Positions 38,161-51,900 of a stretch of 64,000 nucleotides of DNA are shown here, piece by piece (position 1 is the stretch's first letter; each line of letters starts with the position of its first letter). The DNA comes from the human T2T-CHM13v2.0 reference genome, Homo sapiens. The stretch is from assembly GCF_009914755.1 (NCBI RefSeq), contig NC_060932.1. The stretch is one strand, 5' to 3'. The notes under the pieces are model-generated. The model was not told the origin of the DNA and ran no database searches. It saw only the letters and a program-made list of their open reading frames with translations. The position numbers and the translations under genes were made by a program.

Positions 38161-38469
38161 ATAAAATAGTTTTTTAATTCACAAGATTTAATAGGTAGAT
38201 TAAAAGAAGAGGTAAGACAAAATTAAAAGAGGTAAGACAAGAGAAGGAAAAGTCAGACTGACAGATTATAAGTTCCTATGGTACACAGTCCCCTTAGATT
38301 GGAAGAAAGGAGCTAAGAGGGTAAGGAAGCTTGGTTGCCAGTTTTTTATAACTGGCAGCCTGGTGATATTGGGTGTGGTAGCTGAGATGTCCCAATTGTA
38401 GTCACAAGGCCTAAAAAAGCAGATCTTTACAAATGTTTAAAAATACTAGCTCAATGTAAATAAGCATGA

Positions 38470-39099
<630 letters not shown>

Positions 39100-39641
39100 T
39101 AACAGTAACTGGAATATTTAATGAATGAATGAATGAATCTAGGTATATGATGGTGGGATGAGGAAATAAAGAGATAGAAAATGTCAGTACTGTATAGGTT
39201 TCAGGGACAATGAATTATCAATACAATGATATATTGCCTGAATTTCAGCATATCTTAGTAACTGCCTTAAAGTTACAGAAGGACTGAGATAATCTGTTAG
39301 AATGTGAACAATAAGAGCACCTACCTCACAGTATCCACATAAATTGTTTAGTGCAGTGCCTGGCACAGAGTAAATGCTCAACAGTTGTTAGTTATGATTA
39401 AGTCTGAATAGTAACTCACACACTAAAGTAAAATTGAGGATTTGAAACAGAAATCAGGATTTCCGTTCCTCCTTTGTTAAAACTAGGCACAGTATTCAAC
39501 AGTCTAATCAATTTCTAAAAGTACCATTTAAAACTGAGGTATTTAGTAAATGGTTTATAGACTACTTAGCTCTGTAACTGAAATAAATTATTCTCCAAAC
39601 ACGGCTTTCCTCAATGAGCTTAATGAATGTTTTCTGTTTAC

Positions 39642-39805
39642 CATTATTGATGCTTTTACAAATATCTCCTATGCCTCCAGAATGATCTCGGTGCCAGTGA
39701 GTCACTACAATTTCCTGGATTGCTGTGTTAAATTCAGTTAGAGCCTGCTTTAAACAGCTGATGTATTCTGGAATTGCTGGTTCTCCAGTGTCAATGAGGA
39801 TTCTC
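39642..39805 (-). CDS. LACTB2: LACTB2 exon 2 (RRILIDTG...THWHRDH...SINN), carries the HxHxDH zinc-binding motif
   Basis: Acceptor ttcag|G, donor G|GTAAAC, 164 nt; phase fits exons 1 and 3; within ORF 39562..39873; metallo-beta-lactamase motif H77-x-H79-x-D81-H82. Confidence 0.97.
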
Positions 39806-40603
39806 CTGAAAATTAAATGGAAGATAATCACACAATTGGAACACTGCGTTGACATTAGCATTATTTTGCACACAGATAATTTACATTAAAGAAACTGCAA
39901 AAATTATTTTACTTTTAACATGCTCAAAAACCAGCTACATCACTTCAGCTTAACTACAGTAATCTCACCCTAAGAAAGTTTTCTGAGAAAAATTAGAGCT
40001 AAATATAAGTCTGAACAAGGAATAATAGCAGTCATCTTGAACATTTACATAGCAATTAAAATAAACATGGCACCATTCCAAGGACTTTACATATTTTACC
40101 AATTACATTCCTCGTAACAACTGTTTAAAGTAGATATTTTATCATTATATTTAGAAGTAACTTGCCCAGGTTACTCTACAGATAAATGGCAGAAACAGCT
40201 TTCAAACCCAGGTATTCTGATGCCAGAATATGTGCTCTTATCTATCTGCCTTTGAGATCTCATATCTCAGTATATTTCAAAAGTTTTATAGATATGAAAG
40301 ATTTTGATTCAATGGCACCCCTAAAGAAACTAGACTTTGGCACTAGATATACAACTTATCACTGAAGTTTTATATTAGCACCCTGACACATGAAAATGAA
40401 GGCTTTAGTGAAGCATGGGAAAAACATCTGAGCTATTTTCTTTCTTTACTTAGACAACCCCATTAGCTGTATTTTTTGCTTGTGGTTCTGAATCTTCCTT
40501 ATATTTTGTTTGCCCTTCCTCACGATTTTATGAGGTGGCCTTTCTCTGTGAAGTTTTGCTGAACTAAAGACATGGGGGTGACATGTTCCTCAAGATCCAA
40601 TTC

Positions 40604-40897
40604 TTTTTTTTTTTGAGACAGGGTCTTGCTCTGTCACCCAGGCTGGAGTGCAGTGTTGCGATCTCAGCTCATTGCAGCCTTGACCTCCTGGGCACAAGCG
40701 ATTCTCCCACATCTACTTCCTGAGTAGCTGGGACTACAGGTATGTGCCACCATGCCCGGCTCATTTTTGTATTTTTTGTAGAGATGGTGTTTCGTCATAT
40801 TGCCCAGGCTGGTCTCTTAACTCCTGGGGTCAAGCAATCCTCCCACCTCAGCCTCCCAAAGTGCTGGGATTACAGGCGTTGAGCCACCATGCCCAGC
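40604..40897 (-). mobile_element. AluJ-like
   Basis: TSD TCAAGATCCAATTC. Confidence 0.88.
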
Positions 40898-43800
40898 TCA
40901 AGATCCAATTCACAAACTTCTTCACTCATACTGTTTCACAGTAACACCTCAATAATTCAGGCTGGCTGACAGATTAGCCTTGATGAAAAGTCTGAGTTAT
41001 TCATTAATTGATCAATAACTGTTTATGGATTACCTAATATGTGCTACAAATTTGTTTCTTGCAGTAAGCAGGACACAACAACCCTGCTTACATTCAACTG
41101 TTGGTGAGAAGGGGAACTGCATATGACTGGAAATAAACAATAAAAGTAACATACCATAGAAAGCATTTTGCAAAGCATTAAAATTAAACAGTGAGTAACT
41201 GGATGGTTATTTTTTATTGGTTTGTTTCCCTAACCCTACTCCCTGAGACCCAGAGCCAACAAAAACAAACTGGACTCTCATAAGGGAGGAGGGTAATGGC
41301 CTCATAGCCCATTGGCTTCTATCTGCACCCTATGTTCTGTAGCACAGTAGATGTCCTTCAGAAACACAGTGTTGAACTGTCCTATCCGGAGACAGGAGAC
41401 CAGATGGTTACACTGGACCAAGAGGGCATTTATTATAGGGTTCTGTTGGTAGTGGAAATGTAAGGAAGAGATGGCTTTAAGAACATTTAGAAGGTACAAT
41501 CAACCAACCACCAGGTATTGTTAAACAACGAGATGTGGAAGGAGGGAAACAGTTGGCGACTCTGAGGTTTCTAGGTGGGAGGATTGGTGTGCCATTAATC
41601 AAGAAGGTAAACCCTGGAGGGAGCAAATTTGAGATGAGTTTGACTCGGGTCAGAGTGAGTTCTGATGCTATTCCTAGCCATCTTATCTTGCTTTTTTTCC
41701 ATAGCAATTATTACCATGTAATATATTATGTATTTACATATTTATTTTTTTATTGCCTATTTCCACAACCAACACCACCGTACAAATTTGAGTCCCTTCA
41801 GGGCAGAAAGCTTGTCTGTTTGGTTCAAGGAATTTATGGATTTATTTCTATATCCATAATACATTGTACTGCACTTAGCATTGTGCATATTTAGTTATGC
41901 TAAATTAAAATACACAAGACTATAATACTATGATACCTCCAATAATACTCTCTAGCCCACCCATCCTAGATTTTGGCTGCCTCCATGCATTTGCAGTTAT
42001 TTACCACAAATTCTCACTGCCCCTAACGTAGAGTCACTGGGACTATTTTTGTGGGTCTTCTGGTCCTCACAAAAAGAATACTTCCATGCTTCAGGTAAGG
42101 CTCAAATTTTTTCAATCCATCAAGGCCCCACCACTTTTAAAATTATTTCTTAATCCTTGCCTTCCCGTCCTCCCAAGAAACTCTGTTTTGAAATATCTCC
42201 TAATCTAAAAATGAATATAAATTTCTGTAATTTAATGACCAGATCACATCACACTGATCAAAAGTCATGACAAAATTAACAGGGTTGATACATGAATTTG
42301 ATAAAATCTAGTAGCAAAGAAAACAGATCTTTTAGAATGCCTGTGCTGGTTGTTTGCAGGTGAAAGTGTGAGTGACCATACGACTGTGGTAGTGGAGAAC
42401 ATGTTTCTGGGGCTCCAGTTTTAGGTCTCTTAATGGTCCTGTCTTGGTTTAACAAAATTGGAATTGATAAAAGAAGGGCTCTCAAAAGAAAGAAAACAGA
42501 AAAAAGTTCTGGAATTAATACAATCTATTCAGAACAAAGGAGGGGTGTCTAGATACTATAAAACCTAAAACATGAGTTTGCACCAAGCTTTGAGGGAAAA
42601 AAAAAGTCACACTGATAACATATGACATTGACATAGCAATTTAAACCATTTGGGGCTTTCATATTTACTATTTCTTTTGATCCTCATATCAACTCTAGGG
42701 AGGTATTATTACTTTATTAATTATTTATTTTATAGAAAACTTATCTTCAGAAAGGCTAAGTGATTTGCTCCAGGTCATATAACCAGCAAGAGGCAGTGCT
42801 AGGAAGCACTAGATGTTCAGATACAAGGTCCAGTGACTTCTCCATTCAAAACACTGCCTCTCTAGCAGAAGGGGATTGCTTAGGTTAAGTGCTTAGAATC
42901 ATTATGTGGCAAAAATAAAACTTCAGCTATACATTTGAAAAAACTGTTATCAGTTTTGAAATTGAAAAAAATGTTATCAGTTTCTCCCTTAGCAAACAGT
43001 TACTCTATCAGTGATGTCTGTAAATAGTTATAATAGATGATTGGATAGTATCATCTCTACATGGGCTAGTTGACTTTGTTCTTCTTGGCCACAGATAATA
43101 ATATCCCTATCTCAGGAGGTCATTTTGCAAATGCAAATTATGCTAATGAAGGGCTCAAGGGAAGAGTATGGATGAATCTGTATAGGACTATGAACGATTT
43201 ATTCACTAGAGCAAAGTGCCTGGCACATAGTAGGCACACAATAACTGTTTGCTACATGAATGGAGAAAAAAATTTTTAATTGATGGAAAATTAGTAGAAT
43301 CAAATTCCTTGTTATAGGTATTTCATGTCAATATTAAGATAGCTATTAACTGGTCTCTATTTGCTGTCACTCTTATAAAATCATTAGATATTTTCTGAAC
43401 ACCTACTATGAGCACAGTGTTATCTAGATGTTATGAGGAAAGCAGAAGTGATAAACATAATGGCTAACATGGTATGTTTTCCACGTGCTAGAACTTGTTA
43501 AGTGCTTTTCATATACGTTTTTTCACTTAAATTTCACTGAGCCCTTATAAAATCCAATGAGGTAGGTACTATACAACCTTCATTGGGTTGTATCAGGAAT
43601 CTGAAGCTTAGAACTGTCTTGTCCAAAGTCATATGGCTAGTAAATGGCACCAGGATTCTAATCGAGGTAACCAGAGTCCAGAGTTTTAATTCTATTCCAC
43701 TTGACTACCTTTTTCTATTATCAGCCACACTGTCTGCCCACAAAGTATGTCCAATTTTGATAGGAAAGGTTAAAATTGCAGTTTTTAAAGGTTCTTGAGC

Positions 43801-46739
43801 AGAGGAGGAAAGTAAAAACACTGGACAATTTGGCTGTCATTTGTTGATTCAAATGCTTATTGAGTACCTATGTACTAAGCATCACAGTTAGGTCTAGCAG
43901 TGTTTTAGTGAAATTCATCTGGCTTCCATGGGCTGATCAGATGAGGAAGGAAGACCAGCTAAAACTGTAGTTATCCAGCAGTTCTGGAGTCATAATAGTG
44001 AAAATTAAGAGAAAATGTACAGAATGCTCATTCATTCAGCAACTGTTTACTGTTCTACCTGAACTGTGTACAAGGCTCTGTGCTAGGTGCTGGGGATATA
44101 GCCATGAATATGCTTTCACTGAACTGATGTTATAGTGGGGTATGAAGGTGTGGAAAGACACTAAGCTTCTTGCACAAAAAAATCATTTCCTTATCATTGA
44201 GATAAGGACCATGAAAAGTATGGAGTGTCCCTAATACAGTCTGATGGGTCAGGGAAGACTTCCATGAGGAAATGGTATTTAAACTGTGCTCTAAAGGATG
44301 AATGAGATTAGCTGGGTAAAGAAGGGAGGAATGAGTGGAAGAAAGAGGAAAGCATGCGTGAAGGCCCTGAGACAGGGAATCACAAACCTCATCTGAGACA
44401 CTAGAAGGCCAGCATGGCTGGAGTGGGAGAGGTTTGAGAGGAGCCTGATAAGACTGATGGAGGCCAGAATACACAAGGCCTTCCAGTTTTAATTCCTAAA
44501 ATACCACTCAGGTTACAAAGGGAAGATTGGATTGAAGAGAGACAGAGGTAGTCGTACAGAAGCCAATTAGGAGGCTATTACAGTAGCCTAAGCAAGAGTT
44601 GTGCTGGCTTGGACTGAGTGACAGCAGGGGACATGAACAGATCTTCATAATGGCTTGGATATGCAGTAGGAAGCAAATAAATGTCAGGAAGGGTATTTAG
44701 GCATTTCCTTTGATGGCTTTGTTTATCAAGATATGAACAACTGAAGGAGGACCTGGCAGTTTTCTGGAAAGGTTATGAGTTCAGTATGGAAAACACTGAG
44801 TTCCAGGCAGCAGTGAGTCATGCAAATAGATTTAAAAGTTGGCTACTTGAGTCTGAAGATCAAGTTTGGAATTTGAACTTGAGCTATATATTTGGTAGTT
44901 AATAATAAACAGATAATAAAGGCAAAGCCAAATAAGTAGATGAGATCACCTAGGTAGAGAATACAGTAGAAGAACATGAGAGATGAGGATTATATACTGA
45001 ATAACTAAAATAATTAAAGATTTGATAAAGAAGGTGACTCTATCAAGGTGAAAGAGAAAGAGCAGCTCAAGAGGTAATAGGAAACCTGAAGAATGTGGTG
45101 TTGGCAAATTAAGGAGGGAGTCGTCAATGGTGTCAAAGCACTGAAGTTCAAGGAAGATGAGAACAGAAAAATACCATTGGGGTTAGTGATACAAAAGCCG
45201 CTTGTGATCTTAGAACTGTTTTGTGAAGCGGAACAGGTGGATACCAATCTCAGAACATCTGACAAGGGGCCAATTAATATTAACTTCTAGCCACCTTTTA
45301 CTTTACACCTTTTACTTTATACAGTAGCATTATCTACACTTATTTCTAGCTCAACTATACGGACTCTCTAGTTCAACTATATGGAGAAATAATTTACATA
45401 GTGCAAGTAATTCCACTGGCCATTCCACTCCATTAATTTATGTGAGCAACAGTGTTAAGTAATTTAAGACGAGAGACTATAAATCTGCTTTTCCCTCAGT
45501 TAGTCTTTAAGTCTCTCTTAGCACTAGCACTTTGCTATGTTGAGTGTGATTATAGTGTTTAAAGATACAGTATGTATTTTTCATACAATATAGCCCCTCA
45601 ACACAAGCCAATTTCTTCACCTGGTTTTCAAACAGAATCAGCCATCTGTTTCAACGCTGGAAAAAAGGCAGGTTGTGCTGAACTTACTGAGACAATACAC
45701 TGATCTCCAACATGGTGTTCTTCTAAGAGACTTTCCAGGGTAATTCTGATAATATGCATCTTTTGTCTGAGGTATTGACTAGTTCAAGATGACACACTGT
45801 AGAGAGACCGCCTATGGATTTACTTGGTTGAGGGACTTCCAGCCAAGACAGACTGTACCCTAGAGATCTGGCATTTTTCCTGCTTAATTCTCTATCCTCC
45901 TAGATTCTGGTGGCAGCCTAAACCTTTGGTAACTACCTGACCCTGCCTTATTTACTCTGAACTTAATCTTTTACCTGCCCACTTTGCAGGTCTGCTGCTT
46001 CTAAAATTCTTATTTACTGGAAAAACGCCAAACAGTAGACACTTCCAAGGAAAACTCAATTAACTGTACTTACTAAATCGTTTTTAGTAATCAATTATAT
46101 TTTAAAAATAATTTATGTCTTGACTGCACAATTAAATTCTATGCTCAAGAGAAACTACATTATCTGGGTTCATCCAGTAAAGACTACAAAAGTTGCTAAA
46201 TGCCTAAGACTTACTATGCAGTAAACCAAATCTCCCATTCCTGCATAATTCCACTAAAACAGAATGCAGCTAAACAAGAGCAAAAGTATCTTCTTAGAAA
46301 TACAGGTGTGTTACTGTGTCTGCAAATTAAACTCAAACAAGGTCACACACAATTGTAACAAAAAACTTCCCCAAATTACTTATGTCAGCTCCTCTTATGA
46401 GCCCACAGGCTGCAGAGAACCAATTTGGAAGCCAGGAGAATCCTGCCCTCTGCTGCTGAGTTGAGGAAATCGCCTCAACATAATTAATCGCTTTTGAGAA
46501 GGGAAGTTACACTCTGGGCAAAACACCAGTGAAAGTCAAGTGAGCAAAGTAAACGCTTTCTTGGACTCTTGACATCCGAATTTTCTCAACAGTTTAAACA
46601 CGCACACCCTGGCATTCAAACATCAAGAACAGTAAATCGGGTTTCAAAACAGAAGTTTTTTTTTGTTTTTTTTTTTTGTTTTCCATTTCTCCCTAAATTA
46701 GAGAGCTATCACCTGGGGTGGTCGTATTTTAGCTAGCTT

Positions 46740-47400
46740 CGAGATCCGAGTGTCTGCGTGCAGTCCCGACGGGGCTGCTAGGCGCGGGGCTGCCCAGCTA
46801 GGGACAGGACGCGGCGCTCTCCACTGCCCGCGCAGCCGCGATCAGTCAAAGCCCGGGCTCCGGGGCCGGCTGCGAACGTTGGGGAGGTTGGAGAGGGACG
46901 TTTACCTGGGGCCGGTCCCCACTAGGTAGGTGTTGGTGCCTTGGAGGGTCATGGGACCCGGGTTACAGCCCAACACACGCACGACTCGATTGGACAGCCG
47001 CTCGACGCGCTGCAGTACAGCAGCCATTCCCGCCTCAGCCGCCCGCCGGCGTGTCGCCTATCTGGATACTCCAGCGCGGAAGAAGCCAACAGGCCGGGGA
47101 TAGCGAGTAGCGTCCACGTGATGCCTCGCAACCCGGGAGGGAGGGGATTGGCCAGCGGCTGGTCCAGGTGTCATGTGACACCGCGGACGAGCCGGGGCGG
47201 GGATCCGGCAGCTAGGCCGGGGGGTGGGGGTGGCGGTGCGGAACTAGAGGTCACGTGACGCCGCGCGGGCTGCGCGGGCAGTGGTGGGAAGGCTGGCGCG
47301 AGGCGTGAGGTGGCGTGAGGCGAAGCTGGAATCTGCCTCTGTCACGGGGGCTGGTGCCTCACGGGTTTGTGTCCTAGACAGGCGAGTGGATCCAAGTGGG
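46740..47400. promoter_or_regulatory. CpG island / bidirectional promoter of LACTB2 (-) and XKR9 (+)
   Basis: Sharp GC/CpG enrichment; E-boxes at 47115-47120, 47172-47177 and 47252-47257; CCAAT (minus strand) 47147-47151; GC box GGGGCGGGG 47194-47202; ETS-like CGGAAG near 47077; no TATA. Confidence 0.92.
46906..47027 (-). CDS. LACTB2: LACTB2 exon 1 coding part (aa 1-40: [40 protein letters not shown])
   Basis: ATG at 47027-47025; 122 nt to donor AG|GTAAAC; translation matches the recalled LACTB2 N-terminus; lies in the CpG island. Confidence 0.97.
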
Positions 47401-47445
47401 CGAGAGACATTTTAATCTGGAAGAGTCTTGTGATTTGGGAGACAG
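47270..47445 (+). other. XKR9: XKR9 non-coding exon 1 (start approximate)
   Basis: Directly downstream of the promoter; candidate donors CAG|GTTTGG (47446) or TTG|GTAACC (47451); TSS not resolvable. Confidence 0.55.
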
Positions 47446-47475
47446 GTTTGGTAACCGTTCGTTATTCAGTAATAA

Positions 47476-47875
<400 letters not shown>

Positions 47876-48964
47876 AGCCTGTTCATCTTTTATAATAAAT
47901 AGTGGTAAGACATATTTACTTAGTACTTCCTACTATGCCTAAGTGCTTTCAACAAACATCCGACTTAACGCCCTTAATCCTCAGAACATTATTAAGAGGT
48001 GGACACTATTTTTGTTACAAATGAAAAACGGGGATTGGGCGGCTGCCCAGATGACAGAGTCTGCGTGTGCGGCCTTGCTCCTACCTGCCTCGCACTAACA
48101 CTTGTCCCCCTCAGTGAGATTCAAGGAGCATGCCTCTGCCTGCCAGTGTTACCTGCCTGCCCAGAGAGCTAGGCTGGTCTTGTGGAGCCGTTTTGTGCCC
48201 AAGATGGAAGGGACTCATTTTCTCTGTAACAAGTCGGTTTCTTATCAGCCAAGTATTAACTATCCAGTGTTAACTACAGCTTCCCATAAAAAAAGTTGAG
48301 TTATAAATTACTTAAAAGAAAATACACAGATCCTGTAGACAGTTCCATCGAGTTATGACAATTGTATGTAATCACTGCCCCAAAGAGATGTAGAACATAT
48401 CCACTGTAGCAGCCCACTCTTTTTTTTTTAAAAAAAAAGTGAGAAATTGACACATACAGTGCTTGGTGGCTTTTTTTTTTCCAGATATTTCTGATGAAGA
48501 AAACGATCTGCTCTTACCTATTTTATGAATCAGCAGCATAGTGTATCAGAGTGGCTAATGACATCTGCTTTGTGTGTGAGAAATGTCTTTGCCTTGTTTC
48601 ACACAGTTGTACTTTTAATGGAAAAATATTCAAAAAATCATCGCTGAAATAATCATATAAGTTATCCCCTGTTGCAATGGGAAGTTAAACAGTATACCCT
48701 TCAAAAAATACTTAAAGTAACCAAATCTCCTACATCAGGCATTTCAATCTGTCAATATGTATTTATGATAGCCATCAATTAATGGCTATTCAGGCAGGAG
48801 GCTTTGCACATCTTCCCTTTTTAAGAACTCTGCTGGAAAGTCAGTGAACCCTGGAGAAGAGGATGGAACAGTAATTTCTGGACCAGATTCCTGAGAATCT
48901 GGGCACTCCCCTTCTTTTATTCTTTGGCTTAATTAATTTCCTTACTTAACTTACTTATTTACTT

Positions 48965-49114
48965 ACAGGGTCTGGCTTTCACCCAGGCTGCAGTGCAGTG
49001 GCACTATCATAGCTCACTGTAACCTTGAACTCTTGAACTCAAGCGATTCAGGTGATCCTCCTGCTTTGGTCTCCCAAAGTGCTAGGATTGCAGGCTTGAG
49101 CCACCATGCCTGGC
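48965..49114 (-). mobile_element. Alu monomer (FRAM/FLAM-like)
   Basis: Single-arm Alu. Confidence 0.78.
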
Positions 49115-49116
49115 TG

Positions 49117-50083
49117 AGATAAACTTTTTAGCTCCCACGTATGAATGAGAATATGTGATATTTGTCTTTCTATGCATGGATTATTTCACTTATCATAATC
49201 TCTAGTTCCATCCATGTTGCTGAAAATGACATGATCTCATTTTTTTATGGCCAAATAGTATTTTATTGTGTGTATATATCACATTTTCTTTATCCATTTG
49301 TTTGTTGATGGACTTTTAGGTTGATTTCATATCTTTCCTATTGTGAATAATGTTGTGATAAACATGCAGGTGCAGTTGTCCCTTTGATATACAAATAGTA
49401 GTGGGATTGCTAAATCATATGGTAGTTCTGTGTGTGTGTGTGTGTGTATTTTATACATCTCTGTACTGTTTTCCATAGCGGTTGTACTAATTTACATTCC
49501 CACCAACTGTGTATGAGAGTTCCTTTTTCTCTACATCCTCTGCAGCATCTGTTATTGTCTTTTTAATAACAGCTATTCTAACTGGGGTAAGATGATATCT
49601 CATTATGGTTTTGATTTGCATTTGCCTGATGATTAGTGATGTTGAGCATTTTTTCATATGTTTGTTGGCCATTTGTATGTCTTCTTTTGAGAATCGTCTA
49701 TTCATGTTCTGTACCCTCTTTTTGGTGGGATTATTTGTGTTTTCTCTTGTTGAGTCTGAGTTCCTTGTATGTTCTGGATATTAGTCCCTTGTCAGATGAA
49801 TAGTTTGCAAATATTTTCTTCTGTTCAGCAGATGTCTCTGCACCCTGTTGATTGTTTCCTTTGCTGTGCAGAAACTTTTTCATTTAATATAGTCAAATTT
49901 GTCTGTTTTTATTTTAGTCGTATGTGCTTTTGAGGTCTTAGCTACAAAATCTTTGCCTAAACCAATGTCCTTATGTATTTTACCAATATTTTCTTCTAGT
50001 AGTTTTATAGTTTAAGGTCTTACGTTTAATCCTTCTTGAGTTGGCTTTTGCATATGATGAGAGACAAGGTCCAGCTTCATTAG
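49117..50083 (-). mobile_element. L1MA-type 3' fragment
   Basis: ORF2 C-terminal fragment 49487..49705 and L1MA-like 3'UTR. Confidence 0.8.
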
Positions 50084-50330
50084 CTTTTTTTAAAAATTAA
50101 ACTTTCACTTGCACTTTCCTTCTGGATTCCATTTAATCAATTGCCAAGCTCCTCATTTGGCAGATGAAGGAATAGGCCAAATGATTTAAAAGTAAGGCAA
50201 CTTGCATAGGGCCATACAAGGAGATACTAGAAAAAGAGTACAAATAGAAGGTAGATAGTGACTATGTTTTAGATGAGATAAAATTGAGGTAATTGTGGTA
50301 TATCCAGGTAAAGAAACCTATGGACAGTTA

Positions 50331-50627
<297 letters not shown>

Positions 50628-50841
50628 TTAGAAATGTGACTTGAACTTTAAGTTCCTCTCCAAGAAATCAGATCAAATATTTTTCACGTTCTGTTCAGTT
50701 ACACTTACAATAGTTTATTATCTACTTACAACATGCAAAGTAATGTTGTAGACATATTGAGGGCATGTTAAAAATGAATAAGATAATCTTTGCTTTCTAG
50801 AGGGTCATAACCATGAAGGAGATACTTTTAAAGTATATATG

Positions 50842-51000
50842 GGTTCAGGTATGGTGGCATGAGCCTGTAATCCTAGCACTGTTGGGAGGCTGAGTCTGGA
50901 GGAGTGCTTGAGCCCAGGAGTTCGAGGTTATAGTGAGCTATGATTGTGCCACTGCACTCCAGCCTGAGTGATGGAGCAAGACCTTGTCTCTTAAAAAAAA
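50842..51000 (+). mobile_element. FRAM-like Alu monomer
   Basis: Single arm with A-tail. Confidence 0.8.
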
Positions 51001-51639
51001 GCATATGTGGGTAAATACTAGAAGAGAAGTACAGCTGAAGTGATGAGATTGCAAGGAGAAAGGGGAGAAACATACTGGGATGATCTGGGAAAGCCTAAAG
51101 ATGGTGGGTTTTGAGCTGATTCTTAAAGGATTGACAGAATTTCATCAGATAGATGGCAGTTATTCTAGACAGCAGTAAATAACCTTGAGCAAAGGCTTGG
51201 AAATGGAAGAAAAGTAGTGCTTATTTTGGGAATACAGACCAACAATCATATGCTCTTTGGGGCACAAGATTTGAGAAGGTATAAGGTTGAAAAGTAGGTA
51301 GGGCTGAGTTTATGATACTTTGTTAGAGTACTTCAAATTTAAGAACCTCCTTTTCAAACATGACATGTTATCCATTTGGATATGTTGTGAGACAAATTGT
51401 ATTTTCTTGACTTATTTGACAAATACAGTGAAAGCTTGGAGCCTAGTCAGCCTATGAAAGGACCTATGCTATTTCTTCCTCTCAATGAGATAGTTATAAA
51501 AGGGTGTACTGTATTCACAATGACACAGACTCTTATCACTAGATTAGAAAATGCCACGTATGACTAACAGGTGATTTCAGTTTCATTTTAGTATTCGATC
51601 TTAAAGGTTTACACATCCTTTAATTATACTTGTTTTTAG

Positions 51640-51721
51640 TGAAGAAGAAGTAAAATATTCACAAGATGAAGATTTTTCCAGAAGGGACTTTGAGTCAAAG
51701 ATGGCTTTTTATATTTGACAA
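51640..51721 (+). other. XKR9: XKR9 5'UTR exon 2 (82 nt)
   Basis: Unique sequence; acceptor ttgtttttag|, strong donor CAA|GTAAGT. Confidence 0.75.
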
Positions 51722-51900
51722 GTAAGTCTATGTTTTATATGTGTTATATTTGGTTGACAAGGGAAAGTTTCCTAGTTTTAATTTCTTTAAATATCTGCTT
51801 TATCTCAGATAGTTGTACAGTGGGCAAAAGTTACGTATTTCGGCTCGCAGCCAGGTAGCCACATAGCTAGGTTGATATTTGGAATTGGATTGAAACCGTT

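Noticed and set aside
38199-38240. Short imperfect duplications (AAGAGGTAAGACAA x2; also 42936-42983 and 1026-1060)
   Set aside because: Ordinary slippage-type duplications with no further structure
41132-41144. Paired + strand AATAAA as a possible 3' end of an antisense lncRNA (LACTB2-AS1)
   Set aside because: The hexamer is common in AT-rich DNA; lncRNA exons cannot be supported from sequence alone
42600-45250. Stretch of apparently unique purine-rich sequence
   Set aside because: Looks like highly decayed MIR and L2 fragments; boundaries are not reliable enough to list individually
46941-47258. 105-aa + strand ORF and 60-aa - strand ORF over the promoter
   Set aside because: Non-ATG starts; stop-poor GC-rich CpG-island sequence overlapping LACTB2 exon 1
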